64,000 nt of DNA from Anaerolineae bacterium (GCA_963675785.1 OY776562.1:1600001-1664000); one strand, 5' to 3'; positions 37,670 through 49,882 are shown, numbered from the stretch's first letter. Program-made: numbers and translations. The notes: generated by a model not told the origin, from the sequence alone.

Positions 37670-40381
37670 ATGGCTTCGGCCAAGCGCGACAGCGATTCAG
37701 ACACTATCACGAAACTTGGGAAACTTTTCTTACGCTTGCTCGATTCACCCCAGATTTGGCGTGAACGCATGTTCACAGCCGTTTTTGGTATCGCCCTAGC
37801 CCTGGAGACGATTCCCCTCATCAGCAGCCTTGTATCCGCCTTTTGGGGCAATACACAACGGTGGCCCGAAGCCGTATTTTATAGCGCCCTCTACGCGGCG
37901 CTTATCTTTATCCTTTTGTGGCGCAAGGGGCCACTAGAATCTCGTGGGCGAATAGGTATTGTCTGCATTTATTCTTTAGGCTTGCTATCACTCGTCCTCT
38001 CCGGGCCCAATGGCAACGGACGGCCATACCTGTTTGCGGCAGCACTTGTTGCCTCGCTGTTGTTAGGCACAAGAACCGCATTATGGATGTTGTTTTTGGA
38101 TATACTAACACTATCTGGCATTGGCTTTTTGATAGTAAAAGAGTTCCCTTTATGGCCTGTTGTCGATGCGACTACCTGGATAGCAGAGACCCTCGCCCTT
38201 TTGATGTTAGCCACGACGATTATCATGTCTGTTTCGATCCTGGTATCCATCCTGGAGAAAAGTCTCGCCAAGGCCGAGAGCAGCGCCAAAAATTTGCAGA
38301 AGATCGTTCACGAACAAGAGCAGATTGAAAAGGATCTCAGTCATCGTCTCGAGCTAGACGCCATCGTTATTGACCTTTCTTACCAGCTTGGCAACACCAG
38401 CGTCGAAAACTTGGATCAGACTCTGGAGAGCATTCTGGAAAACATCGGGCATGCGCTGGACGCCGAGCGTGCACAACTCTTTTCACTCAGTATGCACCAA
38501 AAAAGCCTTTCCATCACACACGAGTGGTGTTCACCTGACTTTTTTCCACACTACGAATTCCTACAAAGCATTCCCTTTGAATGGCTACCCTGGTTGAACA
38601 CGCAGCTTTTAGAAGAGAATCATATTGTGTTGATGGAGCCTGGCGAGTTTGCAGAAGATGCCGCGTCGATCTCTGGCCTTTTGCTTTCAGAGGGAATCCA
38701 CTCGTCGGCCAGCATATGCCTGAGTTACCAGAGTCAGTGTATGGGATTGCTGGTATTGGACGCCGCACGTTATCCTCAAGATTGGGATAACCACGACCTC
38801 TCGATGATACAGACTGTGGCCAGCCTTATAGCAGCCCGACAGAACCAAATGATTTCGGAACGTGCCCAAAGCCAGAGCGAGTATAGGTATCGTCGACTGG
38901 TTGAGAGCACGCCCCTGGCCATTTTTATACTGGATAGAAAAGGGCGCATTGTGGATATGAACGCAAGCGCCTATTTACTAGACCAACCATCTGGCCTGGA
39001 TGCCACGCAGGGTCTGCTCGCCTACAAGCCCTTTGCTGAAGCAGGCTTTGGTGAAAAATTTGCTCTATGCATCGATAGCTTCAAGAGCGAAACAGGTGAA
39101 CTGGACTATTTGAACGAAAGCGGCAATCGCACCTGGGTTCGATATCACCTAGCCCCCATAGCCGAACTACCCGAGAACGAAGAACAGATTCTGTTGATTG
39201 TTGAAGATATCAGCGAGACAAAGCACCTCCAAGACGAATTGAGCCAGGCAGCCAAAATGGAGGCCCTTGGCCGTCTCGCTGGCGGTGTGGCGCACGACTT
39301 TAACAATCTCCTCACGGTCATAAATGGCTATAGTGAGATGCTCAAGTTCGATGCCGTGGATGAGCGCACCCGCCTCGATGCGGAAACCATCTGGGAAGCG
39401 GGACAGCGGGCCGTCGGACTCACCAAACAGTTACTCATGTTCAGCCGCAGGCAACCACTGGAACTGGTGCCGCTGCATGTCAATCAGGTTCTCGAAGAGA
39501 TTGCCAAAATGCTTCGCCGTCTGGTGAATGAAGATATTGAACTGGAAATAGACCTCTCCAACGAGGTTGGCCTCATTGAGGCCGACCGAGGCCAAATTGA
39601 GCAAGTCATTATGAATTTGGTTGTCAATGCGCGTGATGCCATGCCTACAGGGGGGCATATTCGCATCACAACTTTTATGCAGGATCTCAACGAACGTGTC
39701 AATGCCATACCACAAGCAGACAATGGACCTCACGTATGTATCCGGGTGTCAGATAACGGTTCGGGTATCGAACCAGAAGTGATGGAACGCCTTTTTGAGC
39801 CGTTCTATACCACCAAAGATAAGGAGCATGGCACAGGTTTGGGGCTGGCGACGGTGTATGGCATTACCTCCGCAGCTGGTGGGCATATAGCGGTTAGCAG
39901 CAAAATTGGTCAGGGAACAACGTTCGACGTTTTCTTTCCTGAAAAGCAAACCCATGCAACAGGACAGAGCGCGCCAGATGATAAAATAAACCGCGGCATC
40001 GTCGTAGGAGGACATGAGCACATTCTGGTCATTGAAGATGACTTTTCCGTAAAACGTTTGGTCCTTCGCGTGCTCAACGAGCTGGGATATCAGACACTGT
40101 CTGCAGCCAGCGGTAGCGAAGGTCTAGCTCTGTTGCGGCAGGCCGGACAGCCTGTGGATATGATCATCAGTGATGTGGTTATGCCCGGCATCAATGGCGC
40201 CAGATTGTTGAACAGAATACGCGAGATACATCCAGAACTCCCCGTATTGCTCATCTCGGGATACCCCGATGGCGTTATCGATGAACATGGGGAGCTGAGC
40301 ACACGCGAACGTCTGCTTCGCAAACCCGTCACCCGCGAAAAACTGGGGCAAGTTGTTCGAGAGATGCTGGATAGCATCTGA
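37670..40381 (+). CDS. Membrane hybrid histidine kinase (TM-GAF-PAS-HisKA-HATPase-REC)
   Basis: [20 protein letters not shown]-box, [30 protein letters not shown] receiver. Confidence 0.93.
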   Translation: MASAKRDSDSDTITKLGKLFLRLLDSPQIWRERMFTAVFGIALALETIPLISSLVSAFWGNTQRWPEAVFYSALYAALIFILLWRKGPLESRGRIGIVCIYSLGLLSLVLSGPNGNGRPYLFAAALVASLLLGTRTALWMLFLDILTLSGIGFLIVKEFPLWPVVDATTWIAETLALLMLATTIIMSVSILVSILEKSLAKAESSAKNLQKIVHEQEQIEKDLSHRLELDAIVIDLSYQLGNTSVENLDQTLESILENIGHALDAERAQLFSLSMHQKSLSITHEWCSPDFFPHYEFLQSIPFEWLPWLNTQLLEENHIVLMEPGEFAEDAASISGLLLSEGIHSSASICLSYQSQCMGLLVLDAARYPQDWDNHDLSMIQTVASLIAARQNQMISERAQSQSEYRYRRLVESTPLAIFILDRKGRIVDMNASAYLLDQPSGLDATQGLLAYKPFAEAGFGEKFALCIDSFKSETGELDYLNESGNRTWVRYHLAPIAELPENEEQILLIVEDISETKHLQDELSQAAKMEALGRLAGGVAHDFNNLLTVINGYSEMLKFDAVDERTRLDAETIWEAGQRAVGLTKQLLMFSRRQPLELVPLHVNQVLEEIAKMLRRLVNEDIELEIDLSNEVGLIEADRGQIEQVIMNLVVNARDAMPTGGHIRITTFMQDLNERVNAIPQADNGPHVCIRVSDNGSGIEPEVMERLFEPFYTTKDKEHGTGLGLATVYGITSAAGGHIAVSSKIGQGTTFDVFFPEKQTHATGQSAPDDKINRGIVVGGHEHILVIEDDFSVKRLVLRVLNELGYQTLSAASGSEGLALLRQAGQPVDMIISDVVMPGINGARLLNRIREIHPELPVLLISGYPDGVIDEHGELSTRERLLRKPVTREKLGQVVREMLDSI

Positions 40382-40601
40382 CCCATAGCCACATCGTATT
40401 TGCCCTTCTCCCTCCTACACCTTTTGGAAAAAAATCAACGCACCATCCCGGCCAGCAAGTTAACAACTTGTTGGCCGTTGTTTACGTCCATCCCTACCAA
40501 CAGCACCAAAAGAAAAAGGCGAAATATGAGTAAACGGATGAGGGCCTCATGCAATCAGAGTGAACAGCCTCCTGCATTTTCTACAGGTGCAGTATGAAAC
40601 G

Positions 40602-40647
40602 TTGACAGGCTGTCTCGCAGGTCATAGACTCGTGAATGGTCACTCAC
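40602..40647 (+). promoter_or_regulatory. Sigma70 promoter with a downstream TetR-like palindrome
   Basis: TTGACA-17 nt-TAGACT, then GTGAATGGTCACTCAC (40632-40647). Confidence 0.6.
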
Positions 40648-40701
40648 AATCGACGTTCAAGCCTATAGCGCATTTACATGCACTGAGAGAGCATCCAGAT
40701 C

Positions 40702-41433
40702 ATGTACAAAATCCAGGCAACTGATCTCTTTAAGCAGTTTGGCAGTGAGCTGGTACTCAAGGGAATCGACCTTTTCATAGAACCGGGCGAGGTTTTGGGT
40801 ATTCTCGGTCCTTCGGGATCGGGCAAGACCACACTAGTCAAATGCGTAATCGGCATCCTCGAACTAACCCAGGGAAGCATTTTAATCAATGAGACCAGAG
40901 TGCCCAATCTAGAATTGATGGACAGCATTGGCTATATGGCTCAACAAGACGCCCTCTATGAGGATCTCACAGGCCTGCAAAACCTCGTATTTTGGGGCCG
41001 ACTCAAGGGAATGAGCAAAAGGGATGCCAACACGCAGGCTCATGCAATGATGGACATGGTTGATCTGGGACGCGACGAGAACAAAAAAGTGGTTCATTAT
41101 TCGGGCGGCATGAAACGACGCCTATCTCTGACAGCAGCTCTCATTGGCGATCCCGATGTCATCGTTCTGGACGAGCCGACAGTGGGGATCGATCCGATAC
41201 TGCGAGAATTGTTCTGGAGCGAGTTCCGCCGCTTGAAGATGCTGGGGAAGGCTATCATCGTTACTACGCATGTTATGGATGAAGCAGACAAGTGTGACCG
41301 GCTGATACTTTTACGCGATGGGAAAATCATTCAAGGCGGAACTCCAGAAGAATTGAAAGGAATGACGCCAGAAGGCACTATTGAGGCGACTTTTATAAAA
41401 TCGGCCAAGGAAAAAGTGGGCGCAGGAGCATGA
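40702..41433 (+). CDS. ABC-2 type exporter ATP-binding protein
   Basis: GPSGSGKT, YSGGMKRRL, VLDEPTVG, TTH. Confidence 0.95.
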   Translation: MYKIQATDLFKQFGSELVLKGIDLFIEPGEVLGILGPSGSGKTTLVKCVIGILELTQGSILINETRVPNLELMDSIGYMAQQDALYEDLTGLQNLVFWGRLKGMSKRDANTQAHAMMDMVDLGRDENKKVVHYSGGMKRRLSLTAALIGDPDVIVLDEPTVGIDPILRELFWSEFRRLKMLGKAIIVTTHVMDEADKCDRLILLRDGKIIQGGTPEELKGMTPEGTIEATFIKSAKEKVGAGA

Positions 41434-42488
41434 AAAGCCTCATCATCGCTGAAAGACTGATTCGCCAGATCACCGGTGACAAACGAACGCTGGGCATGAT
41501 GCTTGTTGCTCCAGTGCTCATCATGACTCTTTTGTACTTTTTGTTGGTCTCAGGGCTATCGACAGTATACATAGACATCGTGCAATCAGACTCTGTTGAT
41601 GTAGAAACGCTCGAGGAGCTGGCAACGGTGCATATCGTTTCGTCTGAAGGCGAGGCTATTGCCCGACTGGAGCAAGGAGACAGTGACGGATATATCAGTG
41701 GCGATAGCTATGTGGTAGAGGGGACAGATCCCAGCATCAGTGCGTTGGTGCGTCAAGTATTTGCGTCCTACTCGTTGCAACAAAAGCTACTGGCATTCCC
41801 CGCTCAAGCAGCGAGTATGGTCGGGAATTTGAGTCAACCATCAATTGAAATGTATTATGGCAATGCCGATTACGAACAGTTTGATTTTCTGGCACCAAGC
41901 ATGATGGGGTTCATCATATTCTTTCTGGTCTTTTTGTTGGCAGGGATTGCCTTTTTACGAGAACGCATCAGTGGTACGCTGGAACGACTCATGGCTACAT
42001 CGCTACACCGACGACATCTCGTCGGCGGATATTTCCTGGGCTTTGGCGTTTTTGCAGTGCTCCAAACCGTCGTCATACAGGTTTTCCTCATCTATGTGTT
42101 GAAAATTCACACCGAAACAAGCTTTTTCCTGGTGCTGCTCATCAACCTCACAATCGCCAGTACTTCACTAGCCCTCGGAACATTACTCTCCGCTTTTGCC
42201 CGAAACGAGTTTCAATTGTTTCAATTCATCCCCGTCGTCATCATTCCTCAGTCGCTTTTCTGCGGATTATTCAATCTGCGAGATACCCCTCTGGCATTGC
42301 AGTACCTCGCCAAGCTATTCCCCCTGACTTATGGTGCAGATGCGTTACGAGAAGTGATGCTCAAGCAAGCAGGCCTGGGGACCATTTATCCTGATCTGCT
42401 GATCATGCTCGGATTCACTGCTCTTTTCTTTGTGCTCAATATCCGAGCACTTGAAAGTACAGAAAGATCTGAGGGCCATGTAAGGTAG
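41430..42488 (+). CDS. ABC-2 type exporter permease
   Basis: LRERISGTLERLM, FPLTYGADALR; translationally coupled to the ATPase. Confidence 0.92.
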   Translation: MKSLIIAERLIRQITGDKRTLGMMLVAPVLIMTLLYFLLVSGLSTVYIDIVQSDSVDVETLEELATVHIVSSEGEAIARLEQGDSDGYISGDSYVVEGTDPSISALVRQVFASYSLQQKLLAFPAQAASMVGNLSQPSIEMYYGNADYEQFDFLAPSMMGFIIFFLVFLLAGIAFLRERISGTLERLMATSLHRRHLVGGYFLGFGVFAVLQTVVIQVFLIYVLKIHTETSFFLVLLINLTIASTSLALGTLLSAFARNEFQLFQFIPVVIIPQSLFCGLFNLRDTPLALQYLAKLFPLTYGADALREVMLKQAGLGTIYPDLLIMLGFTALFFVLNIRALESTERSEGHVR

Positions 42489-42694
42489 CGATGACAAACT
42501 GAGGTGAGAGATCAGACGCAGGGCACCTGCTGTATAAAAACCCTTCACTTTCAAAAAATGGCTAGCTTGTTCGAAGGATGCTAGTTAATAGCTAGACCAC
42601 CCATCGGCCCTACCAACGTAGATTCTGCCTTGTTTCTCTCCTGGCCTTGAGATAGAATAGAATGAAATTACCTCAACGTTGAGGGGGCCATTCT

Positions 42695-45355
42695 ATGAAA
42701 GTACCCAGACCTAGTGGGATAAAAGCTACTCTCAAACGCCCTTGGCCTACACCCTCGTTCGCCGAATCCGACAAATGGCGCTGGAAACCTTTCTATATCA
42801 TCTTTCTTGCCTCGCTTGTCGTAGAAATTCTAGTACTGTTCTACTCCATCTTTCGACCCCAAACAGGACAACAAGATATCACCTCCATTGCCCTGCAATG
42901 CTTTGGTGTTATTCTTTTGCTGATTTCCCTCCTTTGGCGCTCGCGCTCCCTTGAAACACGCATCTGGCTAGGCATAGCCAGCCTTTATTCCGTTGCAATA
43001 ATGCTGTTTCTCTTTGGTGATTCTTTCAGAGGGGGGGAGATCGTACTCTTTACGGCTTCCTTGGCAAGCGTGCTGATCAGCACTGCTAGCGGCGTGATTC
43101 TCACAGGCCTGAACTTTATCCTCCTTTTATCGCTGGGCCGTGCTGCACTTGCAGGATTAGTTTCTTGGGGAGGGCCAGAGTTTATTTGGGATATCTGGCT
43201 GATCGACACCATCAGCTATTGCGTTTTTACAGCAGTGCTTACAATCTCTGCATCGCTTACCATAAATGTCCTGAAAGACAGCCTTATCTCTGCAGAGCGC
43301 AATCAGGTTGCGCTCAAGCATCGCCTTGAAATGGAGCAACTTGGTGCTATCGTATCGACCCAAGTAGGTTCAGCTCGATACGACCAACTTGATGAGGGTA
43401 TCGACTGGGCCCTACAAGCCCTGGGTGAAACGACGCAAGTCGATCGTACTTATCTCTTTGACATTGACCCTGTGCGTAGAGTGTGGAACAACACCCACGA
43501 GTGGTGCGCACCAGGTATAACACCGCAAAAAGATTCCCTACAGAATCTGCCAATGGATGATTTGCGCTGGTGGGCAGATAAAATAGAAGCAAATGAGCCG
43601 ATCATCATGAATGACATAGAGATTATCTCGGATTCAGAACCTGCAATCTATGCGCTCCTTCATGAACAGGGCATTCAGAGCATGCTAGTGGTACCTCTCC
43701 TCGGTGAAGATGCGTTCTACGGCTTTATTGGATTCGACAGTGTGCGCAATAAACGTCAATGGAGTGTTGCTGATGTTGATCTTTTACGCACTGTAGCCAG
43801 CATCTTTGCCGGGCGGAAAAAGCGTGCCCAATACGAACAAGAGATCATCGAGGGGGAAAAACGGTACCGTATGCTGGTCGAGAACTCTCCTCTCAGCGTG
43901 GTACTCTTGGACGAACAAGGCCATGTACTAGAAGCCAACGCAAAAGCGAGACACTTGAGATCAATTTCCCAGCTCAAACCCGGGAAAAGCCTACTCGATA
44001 TACAAGGGCTTGTGGATGCTGGATTTACAGAAAACTTTAAGCGATGTCTGTTGGAGGGAGTTCCCTATTCTGACGAGATCCAGAGTACCCAAGATCCTCA
44101 CATCGCATACTGGACACGCTATTATTTAGTCAGGCTAGATATGAGCGAGAACCAACCTAATCGTGTGCTGTTGCTCATCCAAGATATCTCTCGTGAGCAT
44201 GCTTTGGAAGAAGCGCTAAACCGCTCGCAACGCATGGAGGCCCTGGGGCGACTGGCCGGCGGCGTGGCCCATGATTTCAACAACCTACTCACCGTCATCA
44301 ACGGCTATACCGAGATGATGATCGAGACGGCTGATCTTGATCCAACGTTCAAAGAAGATCTCAACACCATTGCAGAAGCCGGCAACAAGGCATCCAAGTT
44401 GACAAGTCAGTTATTGCTCTTTAGCCGCAGGCAAGAAACACGGGCCGAACGCATCGATGCGAATCAATTGCTACAAGATATGAATCGGTTGCTCAAACGC
44501 TTCCTTGATGAGACCATACAGCTCGAGTTGGATCATGCAGATGAACCTTGCTACATCCAGGCGGATCAGAGCCAGATCGAACAAGTCATCGTGAATCTGG
44601 TTGTTAATGCGCGAGATGCCATGCCAGAAGGCGGCAAAATCCGTGTGGGAACGCGCCTCATTATCGTTGATGAAGAGACGGCCCTTGCTATTCCCAATGC
44701 GAAAACTGGCCTTCATGTTCAGCTATTCGTTCAAGATACTGGCACCGGTATGACACCAGAAGTGTTGCAGCATATTTTTGAGCCCTTTTTTACTACCAAG
44801 GCAGAAAACAGGGGCACTGGCCTTGGCCTTGCAACGGCCTACGGTATTGTGACCAAATTTGATGGGCACATTACGGTAGATAGCGAACCCGGCAAAGGTT
44901 CTATTTTTTACATTAACATACCGTTTAACAATGATGAGACATGGCAGAATGATGCGACGGCAGAAGCCATTTCGGATCATGCGTATTCATCTGAACAGTA
45001 CACGATACTTTTGGTCGAAGATGACGCGACGGTTCGCCGCCTGGTAAAACGCTCCTTGGAAAACATGAACTATACGGTAAACGATGCCCCAAGCGCCGAT
45101 GCGGCACTTGAGATGCTTCAAAGCGGGCTGGCGGTCGACTTGGTTATCAGCGATGTAGTCATGCCCGGTATGTCGGGTATCAAGCTGGCCCGAGCCCTAC
45201 GTGAGCTACGATCTGATACTCCCATCATCCTCATGTCCGGTTACCCGCAAGAACTGAACGAAGTTGAAGACATTCGGGACGAGGGCGTGCCCTTGTTGCT
45301 CAAACCAGTGAAACGCCAGGATCTGCAGAATATGATTCGGCAAGTGCTCGGCTAG
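42695..45355 (+). CDS. Membrane hybrid histidine kinase (TM-GAF-PAS-HisKA-HATPase-REC)
   Basis: [40 protein letters not shown]. Confidence 0.93.
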   Translation: MKVPRPSGIKATLKRPWPTPSFAESDKWRWKPFYIIFLASLVVEILVLFYSIFRPQTGQQDITSIALQCFGVILLLISLLWRSRSLETRIWLGIASLYSVAIMLFLFGDSFRGGEIVLFTASLASVLISTASGVILTGLNFILLLSLGRAALAGLVSWGGPEFIWDIWLIDTISYCVFTAVLTISASLTINVLKDSLISAERNQVALKHRLEMEQLGAIVSTQVGSARYDQLDEGIDWALQALGETTQVDRTYLFDIDPVRRVWNNTHEWCAPGITPQKDSLQNLPMDDLRWWADKIEANEPIIMNDIEIISDSEPAIYALLHEQGIQSMLVVPLLGEDAFYGFIGFDSVRNKRQWSVADVDLLRTVASIFAGRKKRAQYEQEIIEGEKRYRMLVENSPLSVVLLDEQGHVLEANAKARHLRSISQLKPGKSLLDIQGLVDAGFTENFKRCLLEGVPYSDEIQSTQDPHIAYWTRYYLVRLDMSENQPNRVLLLIQDISREHALEEALNRSQRMEALGRLAGGVAHDFNNLLTVINGYTEMMIETADLDPTFKEDLNTIAEAGNKASKLTSQLLLFSRRQETRAERIDANQLLQDMNRLLKRFLDETIQLELDHADEPCYIQADQSQIEQVIVNLVVNARDAMPEGGKIRVGTRLIIVDEETALAIPNAKTGLHVQLFVQDTGTGMTPEVLQHIFEPFFTTKAENRGTGLGLATAYGIVTKFDGHITVDSEPGKGSIFYINIPFNNDETWQNDATAEAISDHAYSSEQYTILLVEDDATVRRLVKRSLENMNYTVNDAPSADAALEMLQSGLAVDLVISDVVMPGMSGIKLARALRELRSDTPIILMSGYPQELNEVEDIRDEGVPLLLKPVKRQDLQNMIRQVLG

Positions 45356-45553
45356 ATATGTGATGCAGCGAGAGCCCCCGATTCTTCAGTCACAATGCCT
45401 GAAAGCTCGGGAGCTCTTGTGTGACTGAAGCGATGATAAAGGCGACAGATAACAGTGTAAGAGACTCTAGCAATGCTATTCACGTCGTTCTATTGATTCG
45501 AGTCGGGAGAATATGCAAGATCTTTATAATGGGATCGTCAAGGAGGCTGCACA

Positions 45554-48235
45554 ATGCTGGCATCTGACTTTGATAACAAGCCCAAGATGTCTAGATTCCG
45601 CAGATTCCTAAAACACCTCTTTACTACCGAAGATTGGCGTTTGAGCGCCTTTTACATCCTCTTTGCTGCTACGCTGGTTATGGAAACCGTCCCCGTCTCT
45701 GATGCACTGGGAGATATCGCGAGCAAATCTGGAAGCAATCTCGCTGCCTGGTTTCTTGTTCTTTGCTACATTCTAGTTCTTGTGGGCTTATTCTGGAGAT
45801 CGCTCTCCCTTAGAACAAGGACCTGGTTGGGAATCGCCAGTCTATATCTATATGGCACAACACTGCTAGCTCATACCGGCACTTTTTCGGGGGGCAGAAC
45901 CTACCTTCTTGTAGCTTCCCTCCTGGCAAGTGTACTGATCAGCATGAAAAGCGGCATTATCCTACTAACAGCTACCTTAGTCATCCCTCTCGTGCTGGGC
46001 CAAGCTTATCTGTCTGGCCTGGTTAATTGGGATGTATCAACCATCCTCTGGAAAAAGTGGTTGATCAGTACGGTCGGTCACAGCTTGCTTGGAGCTGCGC
46101 TTACCATCAGTGTGACGATTATCATCCGTCGACTGGAATCTAGCCTGATAGAAGCACGGAATAGCCGCGACGTTATCAATCACCGCCTGCAGATGGAAAA
46201 GCTCACTGCCTCCATATCAGTCCGAGTGGGCTCAGCCCGAATTGAGCAATTTGAAGACGCCATACAGTGGGCGCTCCAGTCTCTGGGAGAGCTAATGAGG
46301 GTAGACCGTGCATATCTTTTTGGCACTGATGCTGCTCACACAGTATGGAATAATACACACGAATGGTGCGCTCAAGGCATTGCGTCACAAATCGACGCAC
46401 TACAGAATTTACCAATGGCCAAGTTTGGTTGGTGGCAACAACAAATGGAGAATAACGTGCCGATCATCCTTAATGATATCGGCACTATTTCAGAATCAGA
46501 ACCGGTTGTCTATGCGCTTCTCCGTGAGCAGGGAATCGCAAGTACACTTGCCGTACCTCTCATCCGCGAAGATTCTTTTTATGGCTTTATCGGATTTGAT
46601 ACCCTACGCAACAAACGGGAATGGAATATCGACGATGTCCAACTCTTGCGCACCATTGCGGATATCTTGGCCGGGCGCAAGAGACGCGCAGGCTATGAGC
46701 AAGAACTCGTAGAAAGCGAACGGCGTTACCGCATGCTCGTTGAAAACGCCCCGATCGGTGTGGTGCTTGTGGATGAAAAAGGCTATGTGCTGGAAACAAA
46801 CTCTAGCGCAGAGAAGCTAGGTGATATCCCGCAGTTCCATCCGGGTGAAAGCCTTCTGGAGACGGATGTTCTTATCAAATCCAACTTTGTAGAGCAGTTC
46901 AAGCAATGCCTTTCTGAGGACGTGCATTGTACAGGAGATATTCTGTATCGTCAGGATCTCCATATGGAACGTTGGGCTCGTTACCACTTGGCAAGAATGA
47001 ATCTTGGTGAAAACCAACCGGGCCAGGTATTGGTCGTTGTAGAAGATACTTCACATGCCCACGCACTGCAGGAAACGCTAAACCGTTCACAGCGCATGGA
47101 AGCTCTGGGACGCTTGGCCGGCGGCGTGGCCCATGATTTCAATAACTTGCTCACTGTCATCAACGGCTATATGGAGATGACACTCGAAACACCAAACCTT
47201 GATCCAGCACTAAAGGACGATCTCGTAATTGTCGCAGAGGCCGGCAGCACAGCCTCCAAGCTCACCAGTCAACTGTTGCTCTTCAGTCGCCGCCAAGAAG
47301 CCAAGGTAGAGAGAGTCGAAGTAAATCAGTTGCTTCATGACATGAATAGTCTACTTGGACGCCTGATCAATGAAAGCATCGAACTCGATTTAGAGCTCAC
47401 TGATGAGCCCTGCTATATCCAGGCCGATTCTAGCCAGATCGAACAGGTCGTTATGAACTTGGTGGTCAATGCGCGCGATGCCATACTCGAGGGGGGCAGA
47501 ATTCAAGTAGGCGTACGGCACATTACAATTGACAAAGAAACTGCCGAGATAATCCCCGATGCCGTAGATGGGGAACACGTTCAGATATTTGTCCAGGATA
47601 CTGGCACCGGTATGACACCAGAAGTGTTGCAGCATATTTTTGAGCCCTTTTTTACTACCAAGGCAGAAAACAGGGGCACTGGCCTTGGCCTTGCCACGGT
47701 CTACGGTATTGTGACCAAATTTGACGGGCACATTACGGTAGATAGCGAACCCGGCAAAGGCTCTATCTTTTACATTAACATACCGTTTAACAATGATGAG
47801 ACATGGCAGAATGACGAAGCGGCAGAAGTCATTTCGGATCATTCGTATTCATCTGAACAGTACACGATACTTTTGGTCGAGGATGACGCGACGGTTCGCC
47901 GCCTGGTAAAACGCTCCTTGGAAAACATGAACTATACGGTAAACGATGCACCAAACGCTGACGCGGCACTTGAGATGCTTCAAAGTGGGCTAGCGGTCGA
48001 CTTGGTTATCAGCGATGTGGTTATGCCTGGTATGTCGGGTATCAAGCTGGCCCGAGCCTTGCACGAGCTAAGCCCTGCTATCCCCATCATCCTCATGTCT
48101 GGCTACCCGCAAGAACTGAGCGAAGCTGAAGACATTCGGGACGAGGGCGTGCCCTTGTTGCTCAAGCCAGTAAAACGCCAGGAACTCTTGGAGGTCATTC
48201 AGCAAGTACTACAACAGCCGCCATTCGAGTCATAA
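45554..48235 (+). CDS. Membrane hybrid histidine kinase, tandem paralog of 42695..45355
   Basis: Same architecture; AGGAGG RBS. Confidence 0.93.
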   Translation: MLASDFDNKPKMSRFRRFLKHLFTTEDWRLSAFYILFAATLVMETVPVSDALGDIASKSGSNLAAWFLVLCYILVLVGLFWRSLSLRTRTWLGIASLYLYGTTLLAHTGTFSGGRTYLLVASLLASVLISMKSGIILLTATLVIPLVLGQAYLSGLVNWDVSTILWKKWLISTVGHSLLGAALTISVTIIIRRLESSLIEARNSRDVINHRLQMEKLTASISVRVGSARIEQFEDAIQWALQSLGELMRVDRAYLFGTDAAHTVWNNTHEWCAQGIASQIDALQNLPMAKFGWWQQQMENNVPIILNDIGTISESEPVVYALLREQGIASTLAVPLIREDSFYGFIGFDTLRNKREWNIDDVQLLRTIADILAGRKRRAGYEQELVESERRYRMLVENAPIGVVLVDEKGYVLETNSSAEKLGDIPQFHPGESLLETDVLIKSNFVEQFKQCLSEDVHCTGDILYRQDLHMERWARYHLARMNLGENQPGQVLVVVEDTSHAHALQETLNRSQRMEALGRLAGGVAHDFNNLLTVINGYMEMTLETPNLDPALKDDLVIVAEAGSTASKLTSQLLLFSRRQEAKVERVEVNQLLHDMNSLLGRLINESIELDLELTDEPCYIQADSSQIEQVVMNLVVNARDAILEGGRIQVGVRHITIDKETAEIIPDAVDGEHVQIFVQDTGTGMTPEVLQHIFEPFFTTKAENRGTGLGLATVYGIVTKFDGHITVDSEPGKGSIFYINIPFNNDETWQNDEAAEVISDHSYSSEQYTILLVEDDATVRRLVKRSLENMNYTVNDAPNADAALEMLQSGLAVDLVISDVVMPGMSGIKLARALHELSPAIPIILMSGYPQELSEAEDIRDEGVPLLLKPVKRQELLEVIQQVLQQPPFES

Positions 48236-48246
48236 TCATGCGCGAT

Positions 48247-48282
48247 AAACCCCCGATGCATGCGCATCGGGGGTTTCTTTTC
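48247..48282. terminator. Terminator between convergent genes
   Basis: AAACCCCCGATGC-ATGC-GCATCGGGGGTTT-CTTTT. Confidence 0.85.
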
Positions 48283-48295
48283 ATATAAATAAACG

Positions 48296-49882
48296 CTAAC
48301 GCATGATTAGCGGCACGAAACACAGCGAAGAGGGTGTAGCAGTGGGGGCCGTCGTCGGTATCGGTGACGCAGCTACAGTGGACGTAGCGGCTGCAGTGGA
48401 CGTCGCCGCTGTAGTGGCAGTGGCCGCTGTAGTGGCAGTGGCCGCAGCAGTTGCTGTGTTGGTAGGCGTGGGCGTGGGCAGCGGCTGGCCTATGACAGCA
48501 AGATAAACAATGCCATATGGGTTTTCCTCATTGCGGCCGGTATTCTCGGCAAGTAGATTATCAGCCGTTGAGCCAAAGGACACATGCTCTCCTGTACCGT
48601 CAATGATGCCAAAGCTCATGGTACCGTTAGGCTCTACGCCGTATTCGCCCACCTCAAGGTAGACGGTTTCGCCCGTTTCCATACTGTGCATATAGACATC
48701 ATAGTGATCATCAATATCCGCCGCATCCAGGCTGGCTAGGGTGCCAAAGATGACCCAGCTACCATCGCCGCTAATGCTGAGATCGTTGGAAAGGGCGGTG
48801 CTGGCCACACCAGCGGTGCTAACAGAGGCCAACGTATTCAGGCCCGTTGTTCTATCATACACAAACGCATCGGCAAGCGGGTTGGTATCAGCGGTCGAGG
48901 TCAAGTTGGTAGCAAGGGAGATATAGGCGACATAGCGTCCATCATCGCTGATATCTAGGCCGTACTTGAGAGCCGCTGCACTATCGATGCCAGACTTGTC
49001 ATCGGCCTCTATACCGCCAGGACCTACAGAGATGCGCGTGGTTGTATCGTTCACCGTATCACGCAGCATCACATCATAAACGCCGTTGGTGTCGCCAGGC
49101 ACTAGGTCGGTAGCACTGGTGACAAAGGCCACATACTGACCACCGTTGCTTATTACGGGCGTATATGAATGACCATCGGCCAGCTCACCATCAGCATCCA
49201 GAGAGACAAGCTCTACCGTGCCAGTGTCGACGCCGCACAAAAAGATATCCGCCTTGCCATTGGTATCACCTGGTACCATGTTCGTGGCATAAGAAGCAAC
49301 AGCCACATAGCCCCCATCGGGGCTCAAGTCCATGCGGAAGGAAAACGAATCAGCCGCTACGCCCATGCTGGTCAGCGTGGCACAAGCCCAAGTATCCGTT
49401 TGGCGATCGTAGCGATAGACATCATCCTCACCATTGGTATCTTCAGCAACAAGGCTCTCAGGCGTAATCATGGCCACATAACGGCCATCAGCGCTGATGC
49501 GAACCTGAAGATCAATTCTAGAGCTGTAAGCGCCATAGGCAAAGAGGTCTCCGCCAGGCGTGATCGAGATACATTCAGTGGTGTTGCTAATACAGTCTCG
49601 CAGGAAAAGTTGCGGATTGGCGTCGGGCGCGATGCCTTCTACTAAATTACTGGCCCACGAACTAAAGAGAACGTAGCGGCCATCATTGCTCATGGCCAGG
49701 GGCGTAGCATCACCATTCTGCCAAGCATCTTCCAGGCCAATGGAAACAATTTCCAGAGTCTGGATGGTGAGATCGTCCAGGGTAATGGCTGATTTTGAAT
49801 CTGGGGCTTGGGCGTTTACTACACTGGCTGCTATCAACACAACGAGGAGAATTACAGTGAGGGTGCGTACCGGGTTACTCAA
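48296..49882 (-). CDS. Secreted TolB-like beta-propeller protein with a T/A-rich linker
   Basis: Signal peptide (VILLVVLIAASVVNA); repeats ISADGRYVA...NLVPGDTNG..DVF; PT/AT linker; C-terminal CFVPLIMR. Start placed at TTG 49882 (GGAAGGA upstream). Confidence 0.85.
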   Translation of the reverse strand: MSNPVRTLTVILLVVLIAASVVNAQAPDSKSAITLDDLTIQTLEIVSIGLEDAWQNGDATPLAMSNDGRYVLFSSWASNLVEGIAPDANPQLFLRDCISNTTECISITPGGDLFAYGAYSSRIDLQVRISADGRYVAMITPESLVAEDTNGEDDVYRYDRQTDTWACATLTSMGVAADSFSFRMDLSPDGGYVAVASYATNMVPGDTNGKADIFLCGVDTGTVELVSLDADGELADGHSYTPVISNGGQYVAFVTSATDLVPGDTNGVYDVMLRDTVNDTTTRISVGPGGIEADDKSGIDSAAALKYGLDISDDGRYVAYISLATNLTSTADTNPLADAFVYDRTTGLNTLASVSTAGVASTALSNDLSISGDGSWVIFGTLASLDAADIDDHYDVYMHSMETGETVYLEVGEYGVEPNGTMSFGIIDGTGEHVSFGSTADNLLAENTGRNEENPYGIVYLAVIGQPLPTPTPTNTATAAATATTAATATTAATSTAAATSTVAASPIPTTAPTATPSSLCFVPLIMR

